From a virus, in the IMG/VR virus record IMGVR_UViG_3300037851_000500, positions 1 to 64,000 of that record: a stretch of 64,000 bases of DNA; one strand, 5' to 3'. The notes under the pieces were generated by a model. It was not told the origin of the DNA. It made no database searches and saw only the letters and a list, made by a program, of their open reading frames with translations. The position numbers and the translations under genes were made by a program. Positions 7,529-17,293 of the stretch are shown here, piece after piece (the stretch's first letter is position 1; every line of letters starts with the position of its first letter).

Positions 7529-9058
7529 ATGGATCTTACCAATTACCTGCAATCTGGTTATGGCGGTGTGTTTGTGGAAACCAATGAAGTAAAAAGAGCA
7601 GTTAATACTATTAGGGTAAATTCTGGTCTTAATAAAGTTATTTGGAACTGTGTTCAAGGTATTGTCAAAGATTTTACAAATCCTGCCAAAAATATTATGT
7701 CCGACCAAAATGATATTTTGGACAAAGCAAAAGAAATGCATCAAACAATTGTAGTTCTTGAAAATTATGATTTGTTTCTAAATGATGCTGTTATTGTTCA
7801 AACCTTCCTTAACAACTATCCTTTTTATAAAGCCAATCAAGTTTGCCTTGTTATTGTAGGTACAGATAGAAACAAAATTCCAATTTTGATGAAAGAATTA
7901 GTTCCAGTATTAGATTTTAATTTGCCTGGAAATGAGGAAATTACAGAAATAGCTAACAAGATCAGTAAATACAGCAAAGCTGGATTAGATGCTGCTTACA
8001 AGGATAAAAGAATCAGCGAAGAAGATTATAAAAAAGCAGATTTTTCTGTAACAAACAAAATTGTGGAAACCTGTAAGGCTCTTACTGTTGAAGAAATTGA
8101 AAATGTACTTGCTTATTCAGCGAGAACAAATCTTAAATTTGATCGTAATACTATTCTTGAGCGTAAAAGAGATATGTTGCGTAAAACTGGATTTATGGAT
8201 TACTTTGAACCCCAACCAATTGAAGCTCTCGGTGGACTTGATATTTTTAAAGAGTTTATAGAAAGAAGAAAGGAACCATTTGATAACCCCAAATCAATTA
8301 AGCCTAAAATGAAGTCAATACTACTTGTTGGAATTCAAGGAGCAGGTAAGTCACTTGCTGGAAAAGTTTTAAGTTCCATTTTCAATTGGCCCGGAATTAT
8401 ATTTGATGTGGGGGCAGTTAAAGGTGAATACGTTGGGCAAACTGGTAAAAATATGCGAACTGCAACCAAAATCATTGATGCTATTGGTTGTGCAATTGTA
8501 GTTATGGATGAAATGGAAAAAGCATTTGAACAAACTGAATTTGGTGGTGGTAAACAATCTGGTGGTGGTCCAATTGCAGATATGATCGGTCACTTTCTTA
8601 CCTGGAGTCAGGAACGTACTTCTCCAGCTATTCTACTTGCTACTTGTAATAAAATAAATGCACTTCCGCCAGAATTTAAAAGAGCAAGACGTTGGGATCG
8701 CATATTTTTTGTTGATCTACCCAATCCTGATGAAATTAGTAAAATTATTGGAATCAAAAATAAGCAGTATAAATCTACTATTCCCGACAGCAAAGAATTT
8801 TGTTTGCGTCTTTATAATGAGGGGTGGTCTGGTGCAGAAATAGAGCAATTAGCAATAGATTTACATTATGATGATCTTGAAACTGCAATGGGGCAAATTC
8901 CGGTTTTGTACAAGCACAATAAAGATGAAATTGACAGAATCAGGGAAGAAGGTAAAAAATTTACAAGGGCAAATGCTGTTTATAATGAGACTGAAAAATT
9001 TATTGCTGTTGTTAAAAATAATTCTAAAAAGCAGGATAGAAATGTCCAATTTAATTAA
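7529..9058 (+). CDS. Ycf46-like AAA+ ATPase
   Basis: Degenerate N-terminal AAA domain; Walker A GIQGAGKS, Walker B VMDEMEK, ATCN sensor, LPPEFKRARRWDRIFFVDLP, SGAEIEQ. Confidence 0.85.
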   Translation: MDLTNYLQSGYGGVFVETNEVKRAVNTIRVNSGLNKVIWNCVQGIVKDFTNPAKNIMSDQNDILDKAKEMHQTIVVLENYDLFLNDAVIVQTFLNNYPFYKANQVCLVIVGTDRNKIPILMKELVPVLDFNLPGNEEITEIANKISKYSKAGLDAAYKDKRISEEDYKKADFSVTNKIVETCKALTVEEIENVLAYSARTNLKFDRNTILERKRDMLRKTGFMDYFEPQPIEALGGLDIFKEFIERRKEPFDNPKSIKPKMKSILLVGIQGAGKSLAGKVLSSIFNWPGIIFDVGAVKGEYVGQTGKNMRTATKIIDAIGCAIVVMDEMEKAFEQTEFGGGKQSGGGPIADMIGHFLTWSQERTSPAILLATCNKINALPPEFKRARRWDRIFFVDLPNPDEISKIIGIKNKQYKSTIPDSKEFCLRLYNEGWSGAEIEQLAIDLHYDDLETAMGQIPVLYKHNKDEIDRIREEGKKFTRANAVYNETEKFIAVVKNNSKKQDRNVQFN

Positions 9059-9068
9059 AGGGAAAAAC

Positions 9069-9203
9069 ATGAAAACAGCAATGGATAAAATTATGTTCGG
9101 TTTTTATATTGGTGTAGGAATTTATTCTTTTAATTGTTTACTTAACATTATATATAAGATTGGTTATAAATTATATATTTTGTTAAATAGAATTCCAGTA
9201 TAG
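9069..9203 (+). CDS. Small membrane protein
   Basis: AAGGG RBS, MKTAMDKIMFGFYIGVGIYSFNCLL..., 44 aa, hydrophobic. Confidence 0.45.
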   Translation: MKTAMDKIMFGFYIGVGIYSFNCLLNIIYKIGYKLYILLNRIPV

Positions 9204-9209
9204 GGGGAA

Positions 9210-9371
9210 ATGATGAACTTTTATAAAATTGGGTTAATAGTAATACTATTATTTCTAATTAAGATATTTGATATTCCATTTGCCGAAGTATTATCTGATT
9301 TCTTTTTAGTGTGTATATTTGGGATATTTTTTTCAGGAATAAAATCAGTATTAAAATTTATATTTAGATAG
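9210..9371 (+). CDS. Small two-TM membrane protein
   Basis: GGGGG RBS; 53 aa MMNFYKIGLIVILLFLIKIF...; not in the ORF track. Confidence 0.45.
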   Translation: MMNFYKIGLIVILLFLIKIFDIPFAEVLSDFFLVCIFGIFFSGIKSVLKFIFR

Positions 9372-9388
9372 AGAAGGGAGAATAAACG

Positions 9389-9832
9389 ATGAGCCATGTT
9401 GCCACCATCGAATGTGAAATTAAAGATCTTAAAGCTCTAAAATCAGCATGTAACAGACTAAATCTAATATGGAAGGAGGATCAGAAGACCTATAAATGGT
9501 TTGGTAGGCATGTTGGGGATTATCCTATTCCCGATGGATTTACCACAAATGATCTTGGTAAATGTGATCATGCAATAGGTGTTCCTGGGTGTGATTACGA
9601 AATTGGTGTAGTTAAAAATAAAATTGATAATGGTAAAACGCACAAATTACTCTGGGACTTTTGGGATAAAAATCTTAAAACAGCTATGGGTGGTGAAAAA
9701 GCGCCTAAATTAACTCAAATGATTACCATTGAACAATCTAAATTGGCAGCAAGACAAAAAGGATATTCTGTAAAAGAGCTTGTAATGGACGATAGAATCC
9801 GACTTGTTGTTAATATGTGGGGGGGGGAATAA
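9389..9832 (+). CDS. DUF1257/Ycf35-like protein
   Basis: MSHVATIECEIKDLKALKSAC...YEIGVV...LLWDFW...ARQKGYSV; family signature and usual neighbour of Ycf46-like ATPases. Confidence 0.75.
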   Translation: MSHVATIECEIKDLKALKSACNRLNLIWKEDQKTYKWFGRHVGDYPIPDGFTTNDLGKCDHAIGVPGCDYEIGVVKNKIDNGKTHKLLWDFWDKNLKTAMGGEKAPKLTQMITIEQSKLAARQKGYSVKELVMDDRIRLVVNMWGGE

Positions 9833-9834
9833 AA

Positions 9835-10065
9835 ATGAAACAAATTAAACAAATGGTAATTGATGCTTTTAATGATGGTGAAATTCACATTGAAACTCAT
9901 GGATTTACCGGAGAAGCATGTAAAGTAGAAACAGAATTTCTAAAAGAAGCAATTGGTAAGACCATAGCTGAAACCCTTAAACCAATTTTTTATGTTAAAA
10001 CCAGAGAAATTTCTGAGGAAGAAAAAATTAAAGAAGGGAGAATGTTCAAACCAATTTGCGGATAA
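9835..10065 (+). CDS. DUF2997-like protein
   Basis: DGEIHIETHGFTGEACKVETEFLKEAIG...KPIFY; ATG at 9835. Confidence 0.75.
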   Translation: MKQIKQMVIDAFNDGEIHIETHGFTGEACKVETEFLKEAIGKTIAETLKPIFYVKTREISEEEKIKEGRMFKPICG

Positions 10066-10152
10066 AATAAAATGACAACAAAAAGATTAGATATTTCAAT
10101 TCCTATGGAAATTTGAAAAAATAAACAATTAACTAAAGAAAGGAGGATTAAC

Positions 10153-11109
10153 ATGAGCTTTAAATACAAACTGACCAGAAAAGCAGATGGTAAGATTGAA
10201 ATTATTAAAAGCAAAAAGGAAACTAAAAACAAGAATAGTGAAATTAACATTTTTAATCTTGGGACTCTTGTAAATTTTGAAACTCATGCTTGGAGGGCAA
10301 GTATTAGGCTTCCTAAAGAAATTGCAGCTAAAATTTCCACAAAAAAGCAAGAAGATTGGTATAAAGCTACTAAGAACCTAATTGATAGAACTCATTTAAC
10401 TGACATTTATTCTCATTTGACTACTGCATATAATTTGGTTTGTAGTTTAAGCACACCATTTCCAATTAAGGGGATACATTTTATTTCTGCTGATAATGTG
10501 GGGCTTCTTAATAATGGTCTTATTGAGATTAATTCTAAATTGATTTCTGCTGTTGAGGAATTTAGTAAAAATTACCAAAAATATATTAAAGAGGCTAAGG
10601 AAATTTTAGAGCCTGATGGTCTGTTTAATAAAGCCGATTACCCAGATAATATTAAACAACTATTTTCTATTCATTGGAGATTTTTTGATATTTCAATTCC
10701 AGAGCAATTGAGTGATGAATTAAAAGAACAGGAACGTGAACAATTTAATAATATTATGGAGCAAACTAAAAATCTTGGAATTCATGCTCTCCGCAAATCA
10801 TTCCAGGATATTGTTTCTGATCTTGCGGATACCCTTACCGGAAAATTAGACGGTGAGAAAAAACGCATGAATCAAACCAAATTGGATAAAATTTCAGAAT
10901 TTCTTGATTCATTTAAAAGGAAAAATGTATTTAAGGATAAGGATCTTGAAAATATAATTGAAGAAGCAAAGGAATTAGTTACTGGTTTAAATTATAAAGA
11001 CATTGTTAAAGATAAAGAATTGACAGAAGCATTATCTGAAGAAATGAACAGAATTGGTGAAACTCTTAATGGTATGGTAGAAACTTATGAGCGTAAAATC
11101 AGTTTTTAA
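10153..11109 (+). CDS. DUF3150-like helical protein
   Basis: Strong RBS; TKNLID, PFPIKGIHFI, FNKADYP, helical C-terminus ending RKISF; context next to AAA/DUF1257/DUF2997. Confidence 0.55.
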   Translation: MSFKYKLTRKADGKIEIIKSKKETKNKNSEINIFNLGTLVNFETHAWRASIRLPKEIAAKISTKKQEDWYKATKNLIDRTHLTDIYSHLTTAYNLVCSLSTPFPIKGIHFISADNVGLLNNGLIEINSKLISAVEEFSKNYQKYIKEAKEILEPDGLFNKADYPDNIKQLFSIHWRFFDISIPEQLSDELKEQEREQFNNIMEQTKNLGIHALRKSFQDIVSDLADTLTGKLDGEKKRMNQTKLDKISEFLDSFKRKNVFKDKDLENIIEEAKELVTGLNYKDIVKDKELTEALSEEMNRIGETLNGMVETYERKISF

Positions 11110-11410
11110 TATTATTAAACATTTTTTCGATGGGGGACCAATAGAAATGATTTCACATAAATCTAAAGATGGGGAAATAATTAATTTAAATAAAAATTTA
11201 ACAATGCTTCCATTAAATACTTATGATGCTAAAATTACTTTTGCTAAACCAACTTCAAATGTAACTGGGTCAGTTATACGCATACACATAAAAATACCAA
11301 CTATTAATAAAAAAGAAAAACTTCATGTTATTACAGAAATGTCCCTAAATGATTTTGCTGATGGAATTACAGGTTTAGCAGAAAGACCATGTAAAGCAAC
11401 AATAGAATAA
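11087..11410 (+). CDS. Hypothetical protein (start possibly 11146)
   Basis: ORF fills the gap; GGGGG precedes the internal ATG. Confidence 0.5.
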   Translation: MSVKSVFNIIKHFFDGGPIEMISHKSKDGEIINLNKNLTMLPLNTYDAKITFAKPTSNVTGSVIRIHIKIPTINKKEKLHVITEMSLNDFADGITGLAERPCKATIE

Positions 11411-11423
11411 AAGGAAATTTGAA

Positions 11424-11804
11424 ATGAATATAACAGAACAATTAATTATTACATCAGCAATACTCTTATTTGTTGCATTTATATCTTATTTAATTTGTAA
11501 AAAGTGGTTTTGGAATTATGAGGGGGGACTTAAAGAAATTGATCGTCTTAAACAAATAAATAACCCAGTATGGCCCGCACCAGGACCACCTCCACCACCA
11601 CCTGTACCTAAAACAATTAATGAACACAGAGTAAATATTAATCTTACTCCTATACCCGGCCATGATTATGATCAGATTCGTAAATTATGGAAAAATAAGT
11701 ATTTTACATATAAAACTAAAATTCTTTGGTTAGAGGATGTTTCCTCTAAAATAGAAAAAGAAATAAAACCAATTGAAAGAAAAATAACTTTTAATAAGGA
11801 ATAA
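11424..11804 (+). CDS. Membrane-anchored poly-proline protein
   Basis: N-terminal TM helix, PAPGPPPPPPVP, ends RKITFNKE. Confidence 0.6.
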   Translation: MNITEQLIITSAILLFVAFISYLICKKWFWNYEGGLKEIDRLKQINNPVWPAPGPPPPPPVPKTINEHRVNINLTPIPGHDYDQIRKLWKNKYFTYKTKILWLEDVSSKIEKEIKPIERKITFNKE

Positions 11805-11808
11805 TTTT

Positions 11809-12264
11809 ATGCTTGATCATAAAGAATCAGAAGATGATTTTACAATTAATAGATTCAAATTAGAAGAAGAAGCTGAAAGACAACCCGGATTAATGAGGCA
11901 TTATACTAAAAAATTATCAATTTGGTCATCTAAAGTAAAGGATCTTAAAAGAAAATTAGAATATACACAAGCTGCATGTGCAGAAATTATCAGAAACAAT
12001 CCAAAAGATTATGGAATTAAAAAAGATTCGGATAAAGTAGTTTACGCTTTAGCTTTAGAAGAACCGGATTATATAGATGCTCACAATGAGTATATACATG
12101 CTCTCCAACAGGAAGGATATTATGAATCAGCAGCACAAACTATGAAACAAAAGGGATCAATGATTAAAGAATTGGTAAGTCTTTGGTTAAATGATTATTA
12201 TGCAACGCCAATAGTTAGAAAGGGGGGATCAAAGCATAAATTAAGAGTAGTTGAAGATGATTAA
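11809..12264 (+). CDS. UvsY-like recombination mediator
   Basis: FTINRFKLEEEAERQPGL... coiled-coil of about 150 aa directly before SSB and RecA. Confidence 0.55.
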   Translation: MLDHKESEDDFTINRFKLEEEAERQPGLMRHYTKKLSIWSSKVKDLKRKLEYTQAACAEIIRNNPKDYGIKKDSDKVVYALALEEPDYIDAHNEYIHALQQEGYYESAAQTMKQKGSMIKELVSLWLNDYYATPIVRKGGSKHKLRVVEDD

Positions 12265-12295
12265 TAATAAACAAAATAATTAAGGAGAATGAAAA

Positions 12296-13471
12296 ATGGT
12301 TGATTTCAGCAAATTGCGTAACAAACTACAGGCAAATCCAAATCCAGGGAACAAAGGCGTAGATATTCGTTCACGTTTTCAAAAAAGATCAGAACAGACT
12401 CTTGAAACAACTTATTTGGAAAAGGATAAAAGATCCAAAGCTGGATCTTTAGGAAAATCTATTTTTAAGAAAGATCTATTGGAAAAATTTAATTTTACTG
12501 AAGTTGTAATTAGAGCAGGAACATATTTTTTTGATCTACTTCCTTTAAGTTTTGATGCTTCTGCTAAATATTACCGTGAGCTTCAAGTACATTTTGGAGT
12601 CGGTTTCTCTCAAGATGCGTTTATTTGTATTCACAGGTATAAATCAGAAAGATGTTATCGGTGTGAAGTTCAACAAAAACTTTATAGAGAAAATAATAAA
12701 GTCACTGATGAAATTAAAGCACTTTATCCATCTGACCGTGTAATTTACTTGGTGCTTGATAGAACTGCTGAATTAGCTAATGGGGAATCCCCCAATTTGC
12801 GTATTCAAGTTTGGAATGCACCTAAAAAGAAGGTACATAATGAAATTCACACCAGAACCAGGGATAAACTGACCCATAAAAATCTCGATATTTCTGATCT
12901 TCAAATTGGTGGGGAAGGTAGGCACGTAGGCTTTGAAGTTGAAATACAAAAAAATTTCCCACTATACAAAGGTTTTGATTTGTATAAACGAGATTCACCT
13001 GTTCCTGATAATGTAGTACTTAGCCTTGCGGAATTTATTGAAGAAGCTGAAGCAAATGGGTTCACTGGAGAAAGAACAATTGATTATTTGCTTCATATCC
13101 CTGAATACGACGAATTAAAAGAATCAATGGCAACAGAATCAATGCAGGAAGAAGAAGAAAATCAACAATCATCTGAAAATGGAGCAAGTTTAACTCCTAC
13201 TCAACAGAGGCTTGCAGCACTAAAAAGCAAAAGTGCAGCACCCCAAGAAAAATCACAAGATGAACTTTTGGCAGAAATCGTGGGAAAGTATGAAAGGCTA
13301 CAAGCCGAATTAGAAGCAATGAACGTGCTTAAATGGAAATCATGGTTAAATGGGGAAGGTAAAAATTATAAAGAGGATTGTTCTTCATTAGCTAAAGAAG
13401 AAGCAATTCCCCTGATTATTGAAGATCTAATGGGAAATGAGGTTCAAAAATTGGGGCTTAAATTAGAGTAA
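12296..13471 (+). CDS. gp32-like single-stranded DNA-binding protein with C-terminal HEH-like domain
   Basis: VHFGVG..FICI..RCYRCE Zn motif, IQVWNAP, DISD..EGRHVGF; acidic linker; position between UvsY-like and RecA genes. Confidence 0.65.
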   Translation: MVDFSKLRNKLQANPNPGNKGVDIRSRFQKRSEQTLETTYLEKDKRSKAGSLGKSIFKKDLLEKFNFTEVVIRAGTYFFDLLPLSFDASAKYYRELQVHFGVGFSQDAFICIHRYKSERCYRCEVQQKLYRENNKVTDEIKALYPSDRVIYLVLDRTAELANGESPNLRIQVWNAPKKKVHNEIHTRTRDKLTHKNLDISDLQIGGEGRHVGFEVEIQKNFPLYKGFDLYKRDSPVPDNVVLSLAEFIEEAEANGFTGERTIDYLLHIPEYDELKESMATESMQEEEENQQSSENGASLTPTQQRLAALKSKSAAPQEKSQDELLAEIVGKYERLQAELEAMNVLKWKSWLNGEGKNYKEDCSSLAKEEAIPLIIEDLMGNEVQKLGLKLE

Positions 13472-13485
13472 ACTTTATACTTTGG

Positions 13486-13572
13486 GGCCGGGTGGCAGAA
13501 TTGGCATATGCAAAGGACTTAAAATCCTTCGCCCGAAAGGGATTGAGGGTTCAAATCCCTCCCCGGCTACCA
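13486..13572 (+). tRNA. trnL: tRNA-Leu(UAA)
   Basis: Acceptor GGCCGGG/CCCGGCT, anticodon arm AAGGA-CTTAAAA-TCCTT, long variable arm, T-arm GAGGG-TTCAAAT-CCCTC, discriminator A, encoded CCA. Confidence 0.95.
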
Positions 13573-13588
13573 ATTTAAAAAGGAAAAA

Positions 13589-13753
13589 ATGGAATTCCAT
13601 CTAAGTAAAACAGGAATTTTAATTTTAGGTATTTTTTTAGGATGGGAACTTTTTAAATTATTTAATATATTAAAAAGAAAAATGTATAGAAACTATATTA
13701 GGAGAAAGTATGAAAAGGGTGAAACTAAAATTAATACCCACTTCAGCGATTAA
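13589..13753 (+). CDS. Small membrane protein
   Basis: AAGGA RBS, 54 aa MEFHLSKTGILILGIFLGWELF...; overlaps the recA start. Confidence 0.4.
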   Translation: MEFHLSKTGILILGIFLGWELFKLFNILKRKMYRNYIRRKYEKGETKINTHFSD

Positions 13754-14873
13754 TAGAAGTAAATCAAAATTGGAATTGGCTAAGGAAAAATTATCTAAAG
13801 TAAATCTTATTCCAGAAGAAAAGCAATTAACTAAATTTATAAATTCAGGATCATGGGGATTAAATCTCGCTTTAACAAACGATATTAGATATGGCTATCC
13901 CATTGGAAGGGTAATCAACCCAGTAGGAGATTACTCAGTAGGCAAAACTTTAATGGCTTGTGAAGCTATAAACAGTATTTATTACATTGAACATTTAATG
14001 AAAAAGAAAAAAATAAAAATGTATTATGATGAACCAGAATATGCATTTGATTTTGATTTGGGGTTTAAATTCAATATGCCCTTGGAATTAATTTATGGAC
14101 TTAGAGAAAGATTGCCAACACATAAACCAGATAAAAAAGATTTTAAAACAAGTAAAACTGTTGAGGATCTTTATAATAATTTAGATTTTATAACAAAACA
14201 CGAAAGCAATGATTATGATATTATCATTTATATTGTTGATTCATTAGATGCTCTTAGAGATGCAAGGGAAATCACTCACCTTGAAGAAAAAGGAATTGAA
14301 AAACAAGATTATGGCGGTGGAAAGGCAAGAGTATTATCTCAACTATTTAGAAACTGTATTGAGGGAGTTTATAATTCAAATATTATTCTTTTTATTGTTT
14401 CCCAAATCAGAACAAACTTTGGAGTTACATTTGGAAATAAATACACCAGAGCAGGTGGTAAGGCTTTAGATCATTATGCTTCACAAATATTCTGGATGAG
14501 AGAAGTTGGTAAAATTACTCATCCTAAAACTAAAATGAACCAGGGAATGGAAGTTGAAGTACAAATTACTAAAAACAAATTAGGAGATCGTTATAATAGG
14601 CTCAATTTTAATATTATAAACGGTCATGGGGTAGATAACATTGGATCGGCTATAGATTTTTTAAAAGAATATAAAATCATTGAACAAAATGGGGCATATT
14701 TAAAATATCAGGGAGAAAATATTTTAAGAGATAATTTAATTGATCTTGCTTTAACCGATGATTCTGTTGCAGAAGATATTAGAAATCAATGGCAAAATAC
14801 TTGGTTGAATTTAGTTGAAATGAGCAAACCTAATAGACCTGCGAAATGGTCAGAAGGAAGGAAAATTGTCTAA
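13710..14873 (+). CDS. recA: RecA/UvsX-like recombinase
   Basis: GYPIGRV, Walker A GDYSVGKT, IVDSLDAL, KARVLSQ, SQIR, GGKALDHYAS, KNK. Confidence 0.92.
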   Translation: MKRVKLKLIPTSAINRSKSKLELAKEKLSKVNLIPEEKQLTKFINSGSWGLNLALTNDIRYGYPIGRVINPVGDYSVGKTLMACEAINSIYYIEHLMKKKKIKMYYDEPEYAFDFDLGFKFNMPLELIYGLRERLPTHKPDKKDFKTSKTVEDLYNNLDFITKHESNDYDIIIYIVDSLDALRDAREITHLEEKGIEKQDYGGGKARVLSQLFRNCIEGVYNSNIILFIVSQIRTNFGVTFGNKYTRAGGKALDHYASQIFWMREVGKITHPKTKMNQGMEVEVQITKNKLGDRYNRLNFNIINGHGVDNIGSAIDFLKEYKIIEQNGAYLKYQGENILRDNLIDLALTDDSVAEDIRNQWQNTWLNLVEMSKPNRPAKWSEGRKIV

Positions 14874-15279
14874 ACTACTATCTTTTTTATTAAGTAAAAA
14901 TTCTAATAATAAAGGTTTACTTCGTAAATCTGGGGATATGCAGTTTGTAAATCAATCTGAAATCATGCGGGTATTTTTAAATCTGTTTTATAAAAATGAT
15001 GTAGTTGTTGTTTTATACAATTGCCCCAAACATTGTGAGGAAATACCAAAACTACAAATTCTTAAAAGAGATAATTGGGGAGCTTGGTGGTGGGCAACGC
15101 ATAATGATACGGTAATTATTAAATTTGAGTCTGTACCTAAAGCCGAAGATTGGGTTTTTTCAATATCCAGAAAAGCACAGGCCAAATGGGAATTATTCAA
15201 TAAAACAGTTTTAATTAGAAATGAAACTGGTGTAGTTAAATTAAAAACAGATAATTCAGGAGAATTAAATGAAGGCTAA
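14866..15279 (+). CDS. Hypothetical protein
   Basis: TTG start with AAGGA RBS; overlaps the recA stop. Confidence 0.55.
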   Translation: MSKLLSFLLSKNSNNKGLLRKSGDMQFVNQSEIMRVFLNLFYKNDVVVVLYNCPKHCEEIPKLQILKRDNWGAWWWATHNDTVIIKFESVPKAEDWVFSISRKAQAKWELFNKTVLIRNETGVVKLKTDNSGELNEG

Positions 15280-15460
15280 AGAACTTATTAGAAAATTAGA
15301 AAAATTAGTAAAAAAACATGGAAATGCCCCTGTTTATTTTCCTTATTCTGATTTCGGTCAAGAAGATGTCCTTGATGTTACAGAAATTAATACATGCTTT
15401 GAAGATGAGGCTTGTACAAAGGCAATGTTTTATTGCATAGATTACTCTGAAAATAAATAA
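15269..15460 (+). CDS. Hypothetical protein
   Basis: MKAKELIRKLEKL..HGNAPV, a common small phage protein pattern; AGGAG RBS. Confidence 0.6.
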   Translation: MKAKELIRKLEKLVKKHGNAPVYFPYSDFGQEDVLDVTEINTCFEDEACTKAMFYCIDYSENK

Positions 15461-15481
15461 TCTTTTGAAAAGGAAAAATAT

Positions 15482-16663
15482 ATGAAACTATTTTTATGTA
15501 CACCACACAACCGCAAAATAGAACCGGAGTATAATATCTCTGTAATGGGAATGAGCAAAGCAGCCCAAATGTTGGGTTTAGGGTTTGAAATTTTACAGCA
15601 AGAATCAAATATGATCCCCTTTTCAAGAAATGAATTGTGCCAATTAGCATTAAAATTTGGTGCGGATAAAATTTTATTCGTAGATTCAGATATAGAATTT
15701 TCACCATTTGATGTTACTGCCTTATTAGACTCCCATAAAGACATTATTGGTGGGGTTTATGTTCTAAGGGCAGATCCAATGATTTTTCATGTTTATAATG
15801 CAGCAACAGATGACCCAGAATCAGAAAATTATGAAACATTTGTTAATATACGAAAATTACCAGAGGATACATTTCAATGTGATGCTTTAGGAGCAGGATT
15901 TTTACTAATTGATTATAAAGTTATAAAACATATGTTTTCACCAGAAATTAAAAAAGAATTTGGGGCACCCTTTAATCTTTGGCAAAGAAAAAATGGTAAT
16001 CAATTAAGTGAGGATCTTTCTTTTTGTTTAAGAGCTAAAAGATTAGGATACGAAATTTGGGCAGATCCAAATTTAAATCTTGGACATTTTGGAGTTAAAA
16101 AATATACAAAATTAGATTATTTTATTAGCCAGGGATATTATTATTGTAATGACATTCCTGGATGGATGAGTGTTGAAGAACTAAATTGGCTCCATAATAC
16201 TGCAAAAAAGATGGGGTCTATTATAGAGCTTGGTTCCTGGAAAGGAAGAAGTACCCATGCCCTTGCTTCTGGGTGTCCAGGAATAGTAACAGCTATAGAC
16301 CATTTTAAAGGAAGTGTTGGGGAAACAGAGGGGCCGCATAAAGAAGCAGAATATGGTGGAATTAAAGAAACATTTTTTAAAAATATTATGAGTAAATTTT
16401 TAAATGTAGAATGGCTTGAAGAAAAGCATAAAATCAGTAAAATTCTATATCCAAATAAACAAGTTGATATGATCTTTATTGATGGAGGGCATACCTATGA
16501 AGAAGTAAAATCAGATATTGAGTTTTTTAAACCATACGCTAAAAAAATACTTTGTGGACATGACTTTAAATGGCCGTCTGTAAACAAAGCAGTTGAAGAT
16601 ACAATTGGTTTGCACAATGTTGAAACTTGTGGATCAATATGGATTAAGAGAATGGGGGAATAA
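15482..16663 (+). CDS. GT-A glycosyltransferase-like domain fused to a class I SAM methyltransferase
   Basis: SRNEL, FVDSD (DxD), GAGFLLI, SEDLSFC, GH; then IPGWM, IELGSWKGRS, IDHF, IFIDGGHTYE, GHDF. Confidence 0.8.
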   Translation: MKLFLCTPHNRKIEPEYNISVMGMSKAAQMLGLGFEILQQESNMIPFSRNELCQLALKFGADKILFVDSDIEFSPFDVTALLDSHKDIIGGVYVLRADPMIFHVYNAATDDPESENYETFVNIRKLPEDTFQCDALGAGFLLIDYKVIKHMFSPEIKKEFGAPFNLWQRKNGNQLSEDLSFCLRAKRLGYEIWADPNLNLGHFGVKKYTKLDYFISQGYYYCNDIPGWMSVEELNWLHNTAKKMGSIIELGSWKGRSTHALASGCPGIVTAIDHFKGSVGETEGPHKEAEYGGIKETFFKNIMSKFLNVEWLEEKHKISKILYPNKQVDMIFIDGGHTYEEVKSDIEFFKPYAKKILCGHDFKWPSVNKAVEDTIGLHNVETCGSIWIKRMGE

Positions 16664-17292
16664 TGGCTAAAGGTGGAACATATGAAAATGAAATTGCTCA
16701 AAAATTATCTTTGTGGTTAACCAACGGAAAAAGTGATGAGTGCGTAAGAAGAACAGAAGCATCGGGAGCAAAAGCTACACAAAGAAGCAAAAAGAAAAAG
16801 GTTAAGGATACTATGTTTGGGGATGTTTGTGCCTCTGACCCCTCTGTTCAAGGATTTTTTAACCTTATTAGTATTGAATTAAAAAGTGGTTATCCTGCAT
16901 CCAAAACTAAAAAGAAATCTGGAAACTGTACTGTTACCAACTGGTCTTTTAATGACATCATTGATTCTAATCAAGCCATGAATCAATTTTTTAAATTTTG
17001 GGAACAGTGTGAAAATGATGCTTTTAAATCTAATCGTGAACCTATTTTGATTTTTAGAAGAAATAGCAGAAAATCATGTATTGCCATGAAATCAGATCTA
17101 TTTGATGCATTTCAAAAATTTAGCGGATTTGGTTTTGGAAACTTCTACATAGATATTAAAATGCCTATGCCACAAGGAGTAGAAAGCCTTACAGTATGTA
17201 ATTTAGACAATTTTTTTAAATGGTTTGTTTACAGCAAGGCTCTATTACATGGACCTATTACTAAAACTATTTTGAAACGGAGGATGAAATAA
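16663..17292 (+). CDS. Holliday junction resolvase-like PD-(D/E)XK nuclease
   Basis: AKGGTYENEIAQKLS, SGA, GDV, IELK, FWEQ, PILIFRRN. Confidence 0.75.
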   Translation: MAKGGTYENEIAQKLSLWLTNGKSDECVRRTEASGAKATQRSKKKKVKDTMFGDVCASDPSVQGFFNLISIELKSGYPASKTKKKSGNCTVTNWSFNDIIDSNQAMNQFFKFWEQCENDAFKSNREPILIFRRNSRKSCIAMKSDLFDAFQKFSGFGFGNFYIDIKMPMPQGVESLTVCNLDNFFKWFVYSKALLHGPITKTILKRRMK

Positions 17293-17293
17293 A

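Noticed and set aside
11092-11106. RKISF as a eukaryotic PP1-binding RVxF motif
   Set aside because: Promoters, RBSs and gene content indicate a bacterial host, so the resemblance is not informative.
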